Shown here one piece after another: positions 1 through 8,439 of a stretch of DNA of 64,000 nucleotides (position 1 is the stretch's first letter; each line of letters starts with the position of its first letter). The notes beneath the pieces were generated by a model. It was not told the DNA's origin, ran no database searches, and worked only from the letters and a program-made list of their open reading frames with translations. The stretch comes from Burkholderia sp. Its GTDB lineage: Bacteria; Pseudomonadota; Gammaproteobacteria; Burkholderiales; Burkholderiaceae. Location of the stretch: NCBI RefSeq assembly GCF_018375725.1, contig NZ_JAHACR010000001.1, positions 8,721-72,720 on the forward strand, read 5' to 3'. The position numbers and the translations under genes were made by a program.

Positions 1-399
1 GACGAGCAGGTCGACCAACTGCGTGTGATTCCTGGTTTGGCTGTTTCGCGCGTCCTGACCTATATCGTAGCTGTGTGTTTCGATGGCGATGCCGCGGCAC
101 TGCAGTCGTTTCTTGCCGGAACAGCATGGGACCCGGGTTGCATCGGGAAGAGCCGGACGTATCGTCTTCAGACGTTCGTGGGGCCGGTCTCAGCGCGGCG
201 TGGCGCCATCAACGATAGGCCGCAACTCGACGACGTCCTTATGCGGTTTGCGACTGAAACGAGCCTACCGACGCGAGCCCATCTGTATCGCTACCTTGAG
301 GCGTTTCCGCAGTTTCGTCAGGAACTCATCGAGTTCGCGGTCTCGCTTGTTGAAGATCAGTTTCACCCTGAGCCTGTGGACCCCGGCCAGGCCGACTGA
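1..399 (+). CDS. hypothetical protein, 5' end probably outside window
   Basis: Frame 1 is open from base 1 and stops at 397-399. A hairpin terminator follows. No motif recognised. Confidence 0.4.
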   Translation, partial: DEQVDQLRVIPGLAVSRVLTYIVAVCFDGDAAALQSFLAGTAWDPGCIGKSRTYRLQTFVGPVSARRGAINDRPQLDDVLMRFATETSLPTRAHLYRYLEAFPQFRQELIEFAVSLVEDQFHPEPVDPGQAD

Positions 400-493
400 C
401 CGCCTGACGCAAGATGCGAATCTCCTCGAGCATACCGGTCGCCACCGGCGGCGCGGGGATCCAGAGCGCCTGCAAAATTCGTATGCCCCCCCC

Positions 494-540
494 AAAAAAA
501 TTAGCCCCGGTGATCGTCAGATCCCGGGGCTAATTCGTTT
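494..540. terminator. bidirectional rho-independent terminator between convergent genes
   Basis: 10-bp perfect stem TTAGCCCCGG (501-510) / CCGGGGCTAA (524-533). Flanked by an A7 run (494-500) and T-rich sequence (534-540). Confidence 0.6.
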
Positions 541-547
541 ACCGCCA

Positions 548-808
548 CTACGCTACTTCTTCGGCTGTCTGGCGATGCAGCTCGGTTACCACTGCACCAG
601 ATACTCGCCAGCCTTCAAACTCACTCTCCATCAGCCGGTGAACGACGCGATCGAGGACCACGCGTGTGACCTCTCCCTTGTCGTCCATGAACTGCCCGAG
701 AATGCCGGCGATGATCGGGCTGGACTGCCCCGAACGCCGGATTACCACCGAATCCGATCCGACCGAGACGGTAGGCAAGACCGGCTTAAGCCGCGATACG
801 CTGGACAT
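548..808 (-). CDS. small hypothetical protein (86 aa)
   Basis: ATG at 808-806 overlaps the 3' end of the methylase-helicase gene by 23 nt. It is the last gene before the terminator. No motif recognised. Confidence 0.45.
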   Translation of the reverse strand: MSSVSRLKPVLPTVSVGSDSVVIRRSGQSSPIIAGILGQFMDDKGEVTRVVLDRVVHRLMESEFEGWRVSGAVVTELHRQTAEEVA

Positions 809-3800
809 GCGATGTCTCCTTTTCGAGATGCTTGCGAAGGTCGTGGCTGTGAACCCCAATCAGCTCCGACAACTCACGGCAGAAGCGCCGGAAAATGACG
901 TCCAGATGCAGGAACTCCTCGTCGGAGGTCGTCGGCGTGCCCCAATCGAAACCGGCGTTGAAGCTGTCGGCCTTGAACGAGACTACCTGCTGCATGTAGG
1001 TGTCGATCGAGTGTTCCGTAATGACATGATGCGCCTGCACGTCCCACTCGTTTTCCCCGCGCAACGCACGCGCGATCGCCTGGCTTTCCTTGCGGGCAGA
1101 CCAACTCTTGTCTGCCAGCAGGACATCGCTGCACTGGGGAATATTGGTGCCTTCCCCGATGCTGCCGTACGTCACCAGCGCGACCGGAACATCTCCTTGA
1201 CGGTACTTCGATTCGAACTCGGCGTTTCGACGTTTAATCGTCTTGCCGCCGTGGACCACGACCGAATCGATATCCCGTTTGGCGAGGTGCCGGGCAACCA
1301 GCTCCGCATTACCGGGGTACCCGGTGAACATCAATGGGCGCCGGCCGGCTTTAACCAACTCCTCGAGCTTGTCGATACAGAACCGTTGCTTCCGCGTCAG
1401 CTCAGCATAGACCTTGGCCGCCTTCGGATGCTGCGGGAAGTTGTTCGCGATCTCCACGGCCTTGATGCGCGCGAGGATGGCCACGAGGTTGTTCCGCTTG
1501 CCTTCATCCAGTCCTGCCATGTACCAGCTCGAGAAGTCCTCCGACACAACCAGGTAGTGCAGCAAGTGGCTCATGTCGAACTCGATCAGGTGCTGGATAT
1601 GCGTCGGCTCGGGAATCGTGACGCACGAAGCTACGTCCGGTTCCTTGGGTACGCGGCGCTTGACCCACGGAGCGAGCATCTGGCGATACTCCGCCAGATT
1701 GGCGATCCGGGGCACTTCACGCTTGGCACCCTTCAACTCGTCTTCGAATTCTCTGGTTACCCAGACGAAGTCGCAGAACGTGTTCAGAACGCGATCGATT
1801 CCACGTTCGGCCAGCGCCATTGAATGACGCAGACCGGGGTCGAGATAGTAGCGGCGATACCCGTAAGGCTGGGCTGCCGTACCATCCCCTCCGGCGAATG
1901 CCAGAAGCCCGTGACAGTCCCGCGGGTAATTGCCGGCGGGCGTTCCCGTGAGCGGGAATCGTCGCTTGGCCGATACCTGCCAGACTGCGTTCGACTGCTC
2001 CGTGTCGATATTCCCGAGGAAATGAGCCTCATCGGGAATGATCGTGCCGACCCGGCGCCGCAGCTTCTTTGCGTACGTGATGCGAGGATGCGCGCTCGTA
2101 AGTGGCCCCTTGAGACGATCGACCGAGATGATGTTCACCGGGCGCAGCGACTGCAGCTGCTCCGGCGACTCGATCACCTGCCAGACGGCGGGATCGAGCT
2201 TGATCTTGCCGATCTCGATCAACATCTCGTCGACGAGAGCCGACTTCAGCACGATCAGCGCACGCTTGCCGCCAAGGAGCAGGGCGATAGCGAGTGCTGC
2301 ACGCGCCTTGCCGAGCGCCATCGACCACGCCACAACACCGGCACGCTTAATCGCGAGCTCGACCAGGTCATCGATCTGGTAGCCGCGGTTCAGCCACGTG
2401 TCGATGCCGAGTTCCTGTATCTGGCGGCGCCAAGTTGCGGCAAGGCCGGGGAACTGCATAGCGAGACCGGAATAGACCTCTTTCCACTCGCTCTGGGCTT
2501 CCGGCTGCTTCAGTTCGAATCGCGCGAGGATGTCTTCGTACGGCAGGTTGAAGGACTTCCCGTTGTGCTCGAACTGATAGCGGCCGTGCTCGACCTCGGT
2601 GAAGGTGACTTCAGTCCCGGCCTTGATGACCGGAGATCCCCAGCGCGTCGGATCGATCAGATGATCCTTCTTCGCTGTACCTTCCGTGGCCGACCCCTTT
2701 CCGCTTCCCGCCCCAGGCATCAGGACGGTGTGACGGAACGGCGCCTTCTGGCGGGCGGTAACCCGGATCTGGCGCCGCAGGTAGCTCATCAGGCCGGCAT
2801 CGACATGCGGTGTTCCGCCGGCGCGGCCGATATCCGAAATGAAGGCCCAGAAGCTGGCCATCGGATCGGGCTGTGCCAGGTGGATCTGCAGATCGAGTAC
2901 GCCTTGTCCCACGTACGAGACACCCTTTGGATAGCGGTGCTCGGCGTGGGGGCGGTGCGCCCCGATCCTGTCCTGGTAGATCGCGTTCAGAACCATTGCT
3001 TCCGTCAGGCCGCACTGGAACTTGAGGCGGATCCACCGTCCGTCGTGGCACACTCGGACCGTTGAGTCACCCGTGACCGGCCGGGTGATGGCAGGCTGGG
3101 ATACCTCGGCAGACAGGTGAGCGAGCGTCGGCTGGCGCCGCGCTGCGATCGTCAGGTTCGGCGTCGCAACCGGTTCCTCCAGCTTGTACACGCGCTGACG
3201 GTTCGGAGCATCGGTGCGCACTGAGACATCGAACACGGCAACACTGACCCTCACCGTCGCATTTTCCTCCCGGAAAACGTCGAGCGGCATGTCGTACAAC
3301 GCGACGAGACGCTTGAACGGATGCGATTCCTTCCCGCATGCGGTCATGAACACCTCGTCGGCCAGGGTCGTCGGTAGAATGGCGACCACCCACTTCGCTG
3401 CATCCAGCGCCTGATACAGAGCATACGCATCGCTGCGTGTGCTCGTGTTCGGCCCGAACCGCCCGTACGACGTGCATTCGTACGGGGAGAGCAGGGCGCT
3501 CTGCAGGTTGATGGAAAACGGTGGGTTGGCAAGACAGAAGTCGAAATGCCGAGGCCGCACATCCTCCATGCCGGCATGGATGAACTCGTAGGTAAAGCCC
3601 GCGTTCATCGCAGCCTGACTGAGCGAGGCGATACACCCCTCGTCGACGTCCACCCCGTACAGAGAGTGGATATCGGGAGTTGCCCAGTGCAGAAGCCGGC
3701 CACTGCCCACGCTGTTGTCCAGCACGCTGATTTTGTCGATACCTGACGCCCGCACCTGCTCGCGGGCGGCGATACGCTCCATCAGCGGCTGTACGAGACG

Positions 3801-3944
3801 CCAGCAAAAATGCGACAACGACAGCGTCGTGAAGAACTGACTCTGGTGAGCCTGTCGTGCTTCATGCAAGCCCGCGAGGGAGCCCGCCTTGGCCGTTGTC
3901 GAACCCTTCGACTGAATCTCCAGCAGACCGTCAGCCCAGCTCAT
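786..3944 (-). CDS. N6-adenine DNA methyltransferase fused to SNF2-family helicase (1052 aa)
   Basis: N-terminus carries SAM motif VLDNSVGSGRLL and catalytic NPPF (3516-3527). C-terminus carries DEAHFLGN, LTGTPAGN and the helicase-C block GEGTNIPQCSDVLLADKSWSARKESQAIARALR. ATGA start/stop overlap with the upstream gene at 3941-3944. Confidence 0.9.
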   Translation of the reverse strand: MSWADGLLEIQSKGSTTAKAGSLAGLHEARQAHQSQFFTTLSLSHFCWRLVQPLMERIAAREQVRASGIDKISVLDNSVGSGRLLHWATPDIHSLYGVDVDEGCIASLSQAAMNAGFTYEFIHAGMEDVRPRHFDFCLANPPFSINLQSALLSPYECTSYGRFGPNTSTRSDAYALYQALDAAKWVVAILPTTLADEVFMTACGKESHPFKRLVALYDMPLDVFREENATVRVSVAVFDVSVRTDAPNRQRVYKLEEPVATPNLTIAARRQPTLAHLSAEVSQPAITRPVTGDSTVRVCHDGRWIRLKFQCGLTEAMVLNAIYQDRIGAHRPHAEHRYPKGVSYVGQGVLDLQIHLAQPDPMASFWAFISDIGRAGGTPHVDAGLMSYLRRQIRVTARQKAPFRHTVLMPGAGSGKGSATEGTAKKDHLIDPTRWGSPVIKAGTEVTFTEVEHGRYQFEHNGKSFNLPYEDILARFELKQPEAQSEWKEVYSGLAMQFPGLAATWRRQIQELGIDTWLNRGYQIDDLVELAIKRAGVVAWSMALGKARAALAIALLLGGKRALIVLKSALVDEMLIEIGKIKLDPAVWQVIESPEQLQSLRPVNIISVDRLKGPLTSAHPRITYAKKLRRRVGTIIPDEAHFLGNIDTEQSNAVWQVSAKRRFPLTGTPAGNYPRDCHGLLAFAGGDGTAAQPYGYRRYYLDPGLRHSMALAERGIDRVLNTFCDFVWVTREFEDELKGAKREVPRIANLAEYRQMLAPWVKRRVPKEPDVASCVTIPEPTHIQHLIEFDMSHLLHYLVVSEDFSSWYMAGLDEGKRNNLVAILARIKAVEIANNFPQHPKAAKVYAELTRKQRFCIDKLEELVKAGRRPLMFTGYPGNAELVARHLAKRDIDSVVVHGGKTIKRRNAEFESKYRQGDVPVALVTYGSIGEGTNIPQCSDVLLADKSWSARKESQAIARALRGENEWDVQAHHVITEHSIDTYMQQVVSFKADSFNAGFDWGTPTTSDEEFLHLDVIFRRFCRELSELIGVHSHDLRKHLEKETSHVQRIAA

Positions 3945-4765
3945 GCCGCCTCCGCGAGTTCGGTGAAACCATACTCGCCGAGGAACAGTTGCAGCTTCTC
4001 GGAGACCTTCGCGTCGAACACGAACTCGAACCGGGAATGGAAGGTCGTGACCTTGATCTGACCATCTTCCGGGTTTCCGAATGTGTACGACTCACGTGAC
4101 TCGACGTAGCCTTGACCGAGCTGGAATTCGCGTACCAGACGGTCGAGGCTGAATTGCAGCGTCAGCATTTCGGCCCATGATGCAAACGACTTCAGTGCCC
4201 GAACTGTGCGGCCAATGGTTTCCTGGCAGCCGTACTGTAGTCGGTAGCGTTTGTCCCATTTCGAGTTCGTTGCATATACGCCCAAATCGAGCACGATGCA
4301 GCCCTTGCGCCGGGCAATACCCGCTTCCGGTTTGATGCGAAACAGCTTCACGAGCTCTGATCCTGCCTGCCTGAAGGCCGTCTCGACGCCTTGGTTGCCA
4401 CCGAATCGCGACTCCAGGCACGTCCAGAACGTGAGGGCATTGAACTTTCGGAAATCGTTGCCATCGCAACCTGCAGACACGGCGATTTCCTTGTCCTCGA
4501 TCCTGATCGGCGCCGCCGCACTGGGAGAAAACTCCCGCACGGCCACCTCAACCAGATGCCTCATCAGCCCCTGAGCCACGCGCTTGAGATGATCCTCTTG
4601 CTTGTAGTCCGGATAGTCACGCAGGCTGACCATGTAGCTTTCGCAGCCGAAGAGTTCCTGTTCCGCTTCTCTCAAGCGGGCATTTTCTGCGGCATACGCC
4701 GTGATTGCCTTGCACACGTCATCCCAGTATTTCTGGGTTGCGGCAACGAGGTCACGAATTTCCAT
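3941..4765 (-). CDS. hypothetical protein, 274 aa, paralogue of 4879-5703
   Basis: GGAGAAAG RBS precedes ATG 4765. C-terminal block RESYTFGNPEDGQIKVTTFHSRFEFVFD..LQLFLGEYGF aligns with the upstream gene. Translationally coupled to the methylase-helicase. Confidence 0.75.
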   Translation of the reverse strand: MEIRDLVAATQKYWDDVCKAITAYAAENARLREAEQELFGCESYMVSLRDYPDYKQEDHLKRVAQGLMRHLVEVAVREFSPSAAAPIRIEDKEIAVSAGCDGNDFRKFNALTFWTCLESRFGGNQGVETAFRQAGSELVKLFRIKPEAGIARRKGCIVLDLGVYATNSKWDKRYRLQYGCQETIGRTVRALKSFASWAEMLTLQFSLDRLVREFQLGQGYVESRESYTFGNPEDGQIKVTTFHSRFEFVFDAKVSEKLQLFLGEYGFTELAEAA

Positions 4766-4878
4766 GTCTTTCTCCATCAGCAAAGTGGAAAAACACATGG
4801 CCCCCAAGGGCGCATGTGTTCCCCCGGGGTTATGGTGCTAGGCACCTCAGAGTGTCCGGCGGGAAAGCCCGCCCAGAC

Positions 4879-5703
4879 TCAGGCTGCCATCTCTGGCAGC
4901 GTAAAGAAAAACTCACTCAAGAAAAGGGTGAGCGGTTCAGCAACAGCAGGCTCGAACGTCCACTCAAACGACGTGTGGTACGTGACAAGCTTGATGCGAT
5001 CGTCTTGCGCGTTTCCCATCAGGAACGATTCGCGGGAAACGACATCGGCAGGGTATGAAAACCGCGTCGCGATTGGCGCAAGCGCCTCGGCCAACGCCGG
5101 TTTGCCAGCCCAAGCCGCGAAGCTGATCAATGCCGGGATCAGGTCGCGCCGCATGGTTTCGCAGTGAGACGATCCCAGCCGGATGCGAGAGCTGAATTTC
5201 TCGACGTATGCGCTTTGCGTCAGGACAAGTCGCCCGTTCTTCATCGTCATCGGCTCGTCGGCCGATATCCGAAAAGTCCTGGCGATTGCCTTGGCGCGCT
5301 TGCGGTACGCGAGCAAATGGCCAATCCCGTCTCCGTAGTGCGTTTCCAGTTCGGCCCAAAGACGTGTCGGACTGAATGTTTTCGGATGGCAGGGGTGACC
5401 GACTTGGTAGTTCTTCTCCCTTTCCTCGATGTCCACTGGCGTGAAAGCATTGGGAGAGAAGGTCGATACGGCGAACTTGAAAAGGTCATTGATCAGGGAA
5501 CTCGCGCATTCTTCGACAGCACCTTGCGCAAGCTCTGCAGCGACTTCATCCAGCGGACGAAGCGGCTTTTCCGGGGTGGAATCGGTATTGGCACTACGGT
5601 ATTGCCGGCCAAGCTCAATCCGTTCGCGGGCATGTCTGAGCGCGAGTGCCTTGTAGGCGGCCCAGTACTGCTCCATCCGAGCAATGAACTGCGGGGGATT
5701 CAT
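4879..5703 (-). CDS. hypothetical protein, 274 aa, paralogue of 3941-4765
   Basis: GGAGA RBS precedes ATG 5703. C-terminal block RESFLMGNAQDDRIKLVTYHTSFEWTFE..LTLFLSEFFF. Same length as its neighbour. Confidence 0.75.
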   Translation of the reverse strand: MNPPQFIARMEQYWAAYKALALRHARERIELGRQYRSANTDSTPEKPLRPLDEVAAELAQGAVEECASSLINDLFKFAVSTFSPNAFTPVDIEEREKNYQVGHPCHPKTFSPTRLWAELETHYGDGIGHLLAYRKRAKAIARTFRISADEPMTMKNGRLVLTQSAYVEKFSSRIRLGSSHCETMRRDLIPALISFAAWAGKPALAEALAPIATRFSYPADVVSRESFLMGNAQDDRIKLVTYHTSFEWTFEPAVAEPLTLFLSEFFFTLPEMAA

Positions 5704-5779
5704 GGGTGTCTCCAAAGAAATTTGGAGGCATCCTGCGCGCCTGTGGGGGCGGACAGGATGCCCCCAGGGACGGCGATAT

Positions 5780-5794
5780 GGCAGTTGAACTGCC
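5780..5794. promoter_or_regulatory. 15-bp palindrome in divergent promoter region (candidate operator)
   Basis: GGCAGTT-G-AACTGCC, perfect 7-bp arms. Lies between divergent operons. A 9-bp stem GGCATCCTG/CAGGATGCC lies at 5727-5762. Confidence 0.3.
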
Positions 5795-5998
5795 GGGAAA
5801 ATGACAGGCTAGGTACGGTCCAGCTACCGGATCAGAGATCGGAGCCAAGTATAGCAGGGAATTCCTGACGGGAAATTCGGTGATGAAAATTCGCAATATT
5901 TGCCAGTTTCAGCGCTGAAAGATGGCAGGGATGGGCTCTGTTTCCCGATAGTTCGCGAGAGCGGCCGTCAGGATAATCCGTGGGTGCTCAATGTGCCC

Positions 5999-6673
5999 AT
6001 GCGGGCAGCACTCACCTCATTCGATATCGACATGGACTTCGACGACGAAATCACGCTCCCCGATCCGATTCGCTGGAAGGTACTTGGCCGCACGATTCCC
6101 ACGAATCTGCCCCTGACGGCATTCCTGGTGATCGCCGTGCTCGTGGTGTCGTGGATGACGTATTTCGGCGTGCGTGCCAATGTCACACTCCCCACTGGCA
6201 GAGTTCCGTCGGCCGCAGCTTCCGGGCTGAAGGCAACGGCGCAGCCGCAACCATCGTCGGGGATTCCGAAGATCGGTAGCAACTCGTCGCTCCCGCCACA
6301 AGGTAGCGCTCAACTGCGGCGCCAATTCTATTTCGCCTACCTCGCAGCCTGCCAGGCAAATGCCAAGGCGGGTAGGGCGCTGTTCGACAGTGACATAAAC
6401 AGCCAACTGGCTAGCCAGAAGCTGAATACGGTCTTCAACATGGGAATCTCGTATTCGCGCATCGACGACACGGCGTTCAGTCTCACGCTGACCGGCAATA
6501 TTCCGCCAGACGTCCTCTCGTCGGCAGAGTACGCGGAGATTTCGCAGTACGGCCAGCATGTAACGCCAAATTTGTGTGCCGACGTGAACAGTCAGATTCA
6601 TGACCTGGCGGAGCAGCAGGGTGCCGGAACGCCCTCAGAGCGCGCTGCGCCGGCGCCGAACTCACGATCGTAG
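5999..6673 (+). CDS. membrane protein, hypothetical (about 224 aa; start uncertain)
   Basis: Long ORF with one clear TM helix (LPLTAFLVIAVLVVSWMTYFGV). First gene of a tightly spaced plus-strand operon. The ORF opens at TTG 5900; the first ATG is at 5999. Confidence 0.6.
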   Translation: MRAALTSFDIDMDFDDEITLPDPIRWKVLGRTIPTNLPLTAFLVIAVLVVSWMTYFGVRANVTLPTGRVPSAAASGLKATAQPQPSSGIPKIGSNSSLPPQGSAQLRRQFYFAYLAACQANAKAGRALFDSDINSQLASQKLNTVFNMGISYSRIDDTAFSLTLTGNIPPDVLSSAEYAEISQYGQHVTPNLCADVNSQIHDLAEQQGAGTPSERAAPAPNSRS

Positions 6674-6682
6674 GGAGCCAAG

Positions 6683-6883
6683 ATGTCCGTGATGGAAGCG
6701 ATGAAGGAAGAGGACGTGCGTTGCGGCCGCGAATATCAGTGCATGGAAGAGGACTTCGTGGGCATCGTTAAGGTGACCGAGGTCGGTAGCGGCTTGGTCC
6801 ATTACACCGGTGATGCTGACGGCTTCGCGGTGATGAGTGAGTTCATGCGGGCCTATCGTCCGTACCACCGGAGCAAGAACTGA
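6683..6883 (+). CDS. small hypothetical protein (66 aa)
   Basis: Starts 10 nt after the upstream stop. Its TGA (6881-6883) lies 1 nt before the next ATG (6885). No motif recognised. Confidence 0.45.
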   Translation: MSVMEAMKEEDVRCGREYQCMEEDFVGIVKVTEVGSGLVHYTGDADGFAVMSEFMRAYRPYHRSKN

Positions 6884-6884
6884 C

Positions 6885-7742
6885 ATGCTGCTCCGCCGGC
6901 TGCTGAACTGGAGTGCAACGACTTCCGGCGTGATGGAGCCGGAGATCTACGGCGAAGCGCGTGAGCGCTACGAGGACATCTGTCTGGAGCTGGGTATCCG
7001 CAATGCACCCACGCTTCGGCTTGCAAAGAAGGTGACCCTTCTGAGCAAGATCGTCATCGGAGACTGGCGCCGGTCGAAATCGATCCGCGCGGCGGCGCGC
7101 AAGACCATCCCGACCGACCATTTCTTTCTGCACGAGCTCGCCCATGCCCTTTGCCTGAAGTATGTTGGCTACCGGGGATACCACGGCGCTCCGTTTCTTG
7201 TGTTGCTCCAACTGCTCTACGAATTCCACTGGGAGGGCGATCTTCCGGATGTGATCGTGGAAACAGTTCGTGAGGATTGGCCTCGATACGTTTCCAGCGA
7301 GGACAAGGGCAAGACGATTTTCGCAGCATGGGAAGCCGTCAATACGATCAAGGCCGATCTTGAGGCGCGGGAGATATTCCGGCCGAGCGCCGACCTGCTC
7401 ACGCACGAAGTCCGCAAATCGTTCCCCGATCAGGTGTCGGTGCTTGACCGGCGGTTCGAGCCGGATGTGTTGCGCGACATGGTTCGGACGCAACGCGACG
7501 GGCTTTTTTCGCTCGCGCTCTGGTCTAGCGGCGCGGCCGCGCTGACGTTCGGTGCGCTATATCACTTTCTCCCGAGTGCCGCGACCGCATGGACGGCTGT
7601 TGGCTTTGGGCTTCTTCTGCTGGCGGTCCTTGCGACGATCGCAGTTTCGGACATGTCGAGGCGCATCGGACGTCTCTGGCATCGCCTGGTCGATCGGTTC
7701 AGCCGGAAGACGATCGACGACATCGGAACGCCGGATATCTAA
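6885..7742 (+). CDS. SprT-like zinc metalloprotease with C-terminal transmembrane anchor
   Basis: HELAH at 7131-7145 followed by YHGAPF (HExxH..HG pattern of SprT-like proteases). Two C-terminal hydrophobic helices: LFSLALWSSGAAALTFGALYHFL and AWTAVGFGLLLLAVLATIAV. Confidence 0.7.
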   Translation: MLLRRLLNWSATTSGVMEPEIYGEARERYEDICLELGIRNAPTLRLAKKVTLLSKIVIGDWRRSKSIRAAARKTIPTDHFFLHELAHALCLKYVGYRGYHGAPFLVLLQLLYEFHWEGDLPDVIVETVREDWPRYVSSEDKGKTIFAAWEAVNTIKADLEAREIFRPSADLLTHEVRKSFPDQVSVLDRRFEPDVLRDMVRTQRDGLFSLALWSSGAAALTFGALYHFLPSAATAWTAVGFGLLLLAVLATIAVSDMSRRIGRLWHRLVDRFSRKTIDDIGTPDI

Positions 7743-7764
7743 TCAACGCTGCGGGGGGGAGTAA

Positions 7765-8439
7765 ATGTCCGTGCTGAACGGCTACGGCGATAAACGAAAT
7801 CCGACGATCAGCAATCACGGCGTGGATATCGCCGCGCAACGTGCTGACGATCTGGACGGCATGGCGCTTGATCACCTGCGGTCGATCAAGGATCAGGCTC
7901 GTGCACTGGATGTGGCGAGCGCCTCGGGTGGGCAGGCCATTCGTATGGCGCTGGTAGGTGCCGACGTGCTCGCCCTCGATATCGACGACTACTCGGAGGC
8001 GTTCCATACCGCGGCGAGTTCTGCCGGCGTGGAACGGCGATGTGGGTTCGTGCAGCAGGACATCACGGAATATGACGTCGCTGAGAAGCTTGGGCGCTTC
8101 GACGTGATCGTGTGTCAGCGGATGATCCACTACGTCCCGTACGGTGTCGCGATCGACATCGTGCGGACTTTCAAGGAGGCGCTGAAGCCCGGGGGCCGGC
8201 TCTATCTTTCCGCATCCGGTCTGCACAGCGAGCTCGGAACCGACTACCCGGGTGCGCAGCAGCCCATCGACCAGCGGTACGAACTGCTGTCGGACGCGAT
8301 GGTCGAGAAGCACGCGATTATGGGGCTTGTCTGCCTCTACAGCCAGGATGAACTGGTCTCGTTGCTCGAGACGGCGGGTATGCGTGTCGAGCAGTCGTTC
8401 ACGTCGGCGTTCGGAAACGTCAAGGCGGTGGCGCGATGA
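7765..8439 (+). CDS. class I SAM-dependent methyltransferase
   Basis: GGGGGGAG RBS. Motif I LDVASASGGQAIRMAL, acidic loop VLALDID, post-motif PGGRLYLS. Confidence 0.85.
   Translation: MSVLNGYGDKRNPTISNHGVDIAAQRADDLDGMALDHLRSIKDQARALDVASASGGQAIRMALVGADVLALDIDDYSEAFHTAASSAGVERRCGFVQQDITEYDVAEKLGRFDVIVCQRMIHYVPYGVAIDIVRTFKEALKPGGRLYLSASGLHSELGTDYPGAQQPIDQRYELLSDAMVEKHAIMGLVCLYSQDELVSLLETAGMRVEQSFTSAFGNVKAVAR

Noticed and set aside
666-3065. 385-aa and 413-aa plus-strand ORFs opposite the methylase-helicase gene
   Set aside because: These antisense shadow ORFs have Arg/Leu/Asp-biased composition. The minus strand encodes clear MTase and SNF2 motifs across the whole span.
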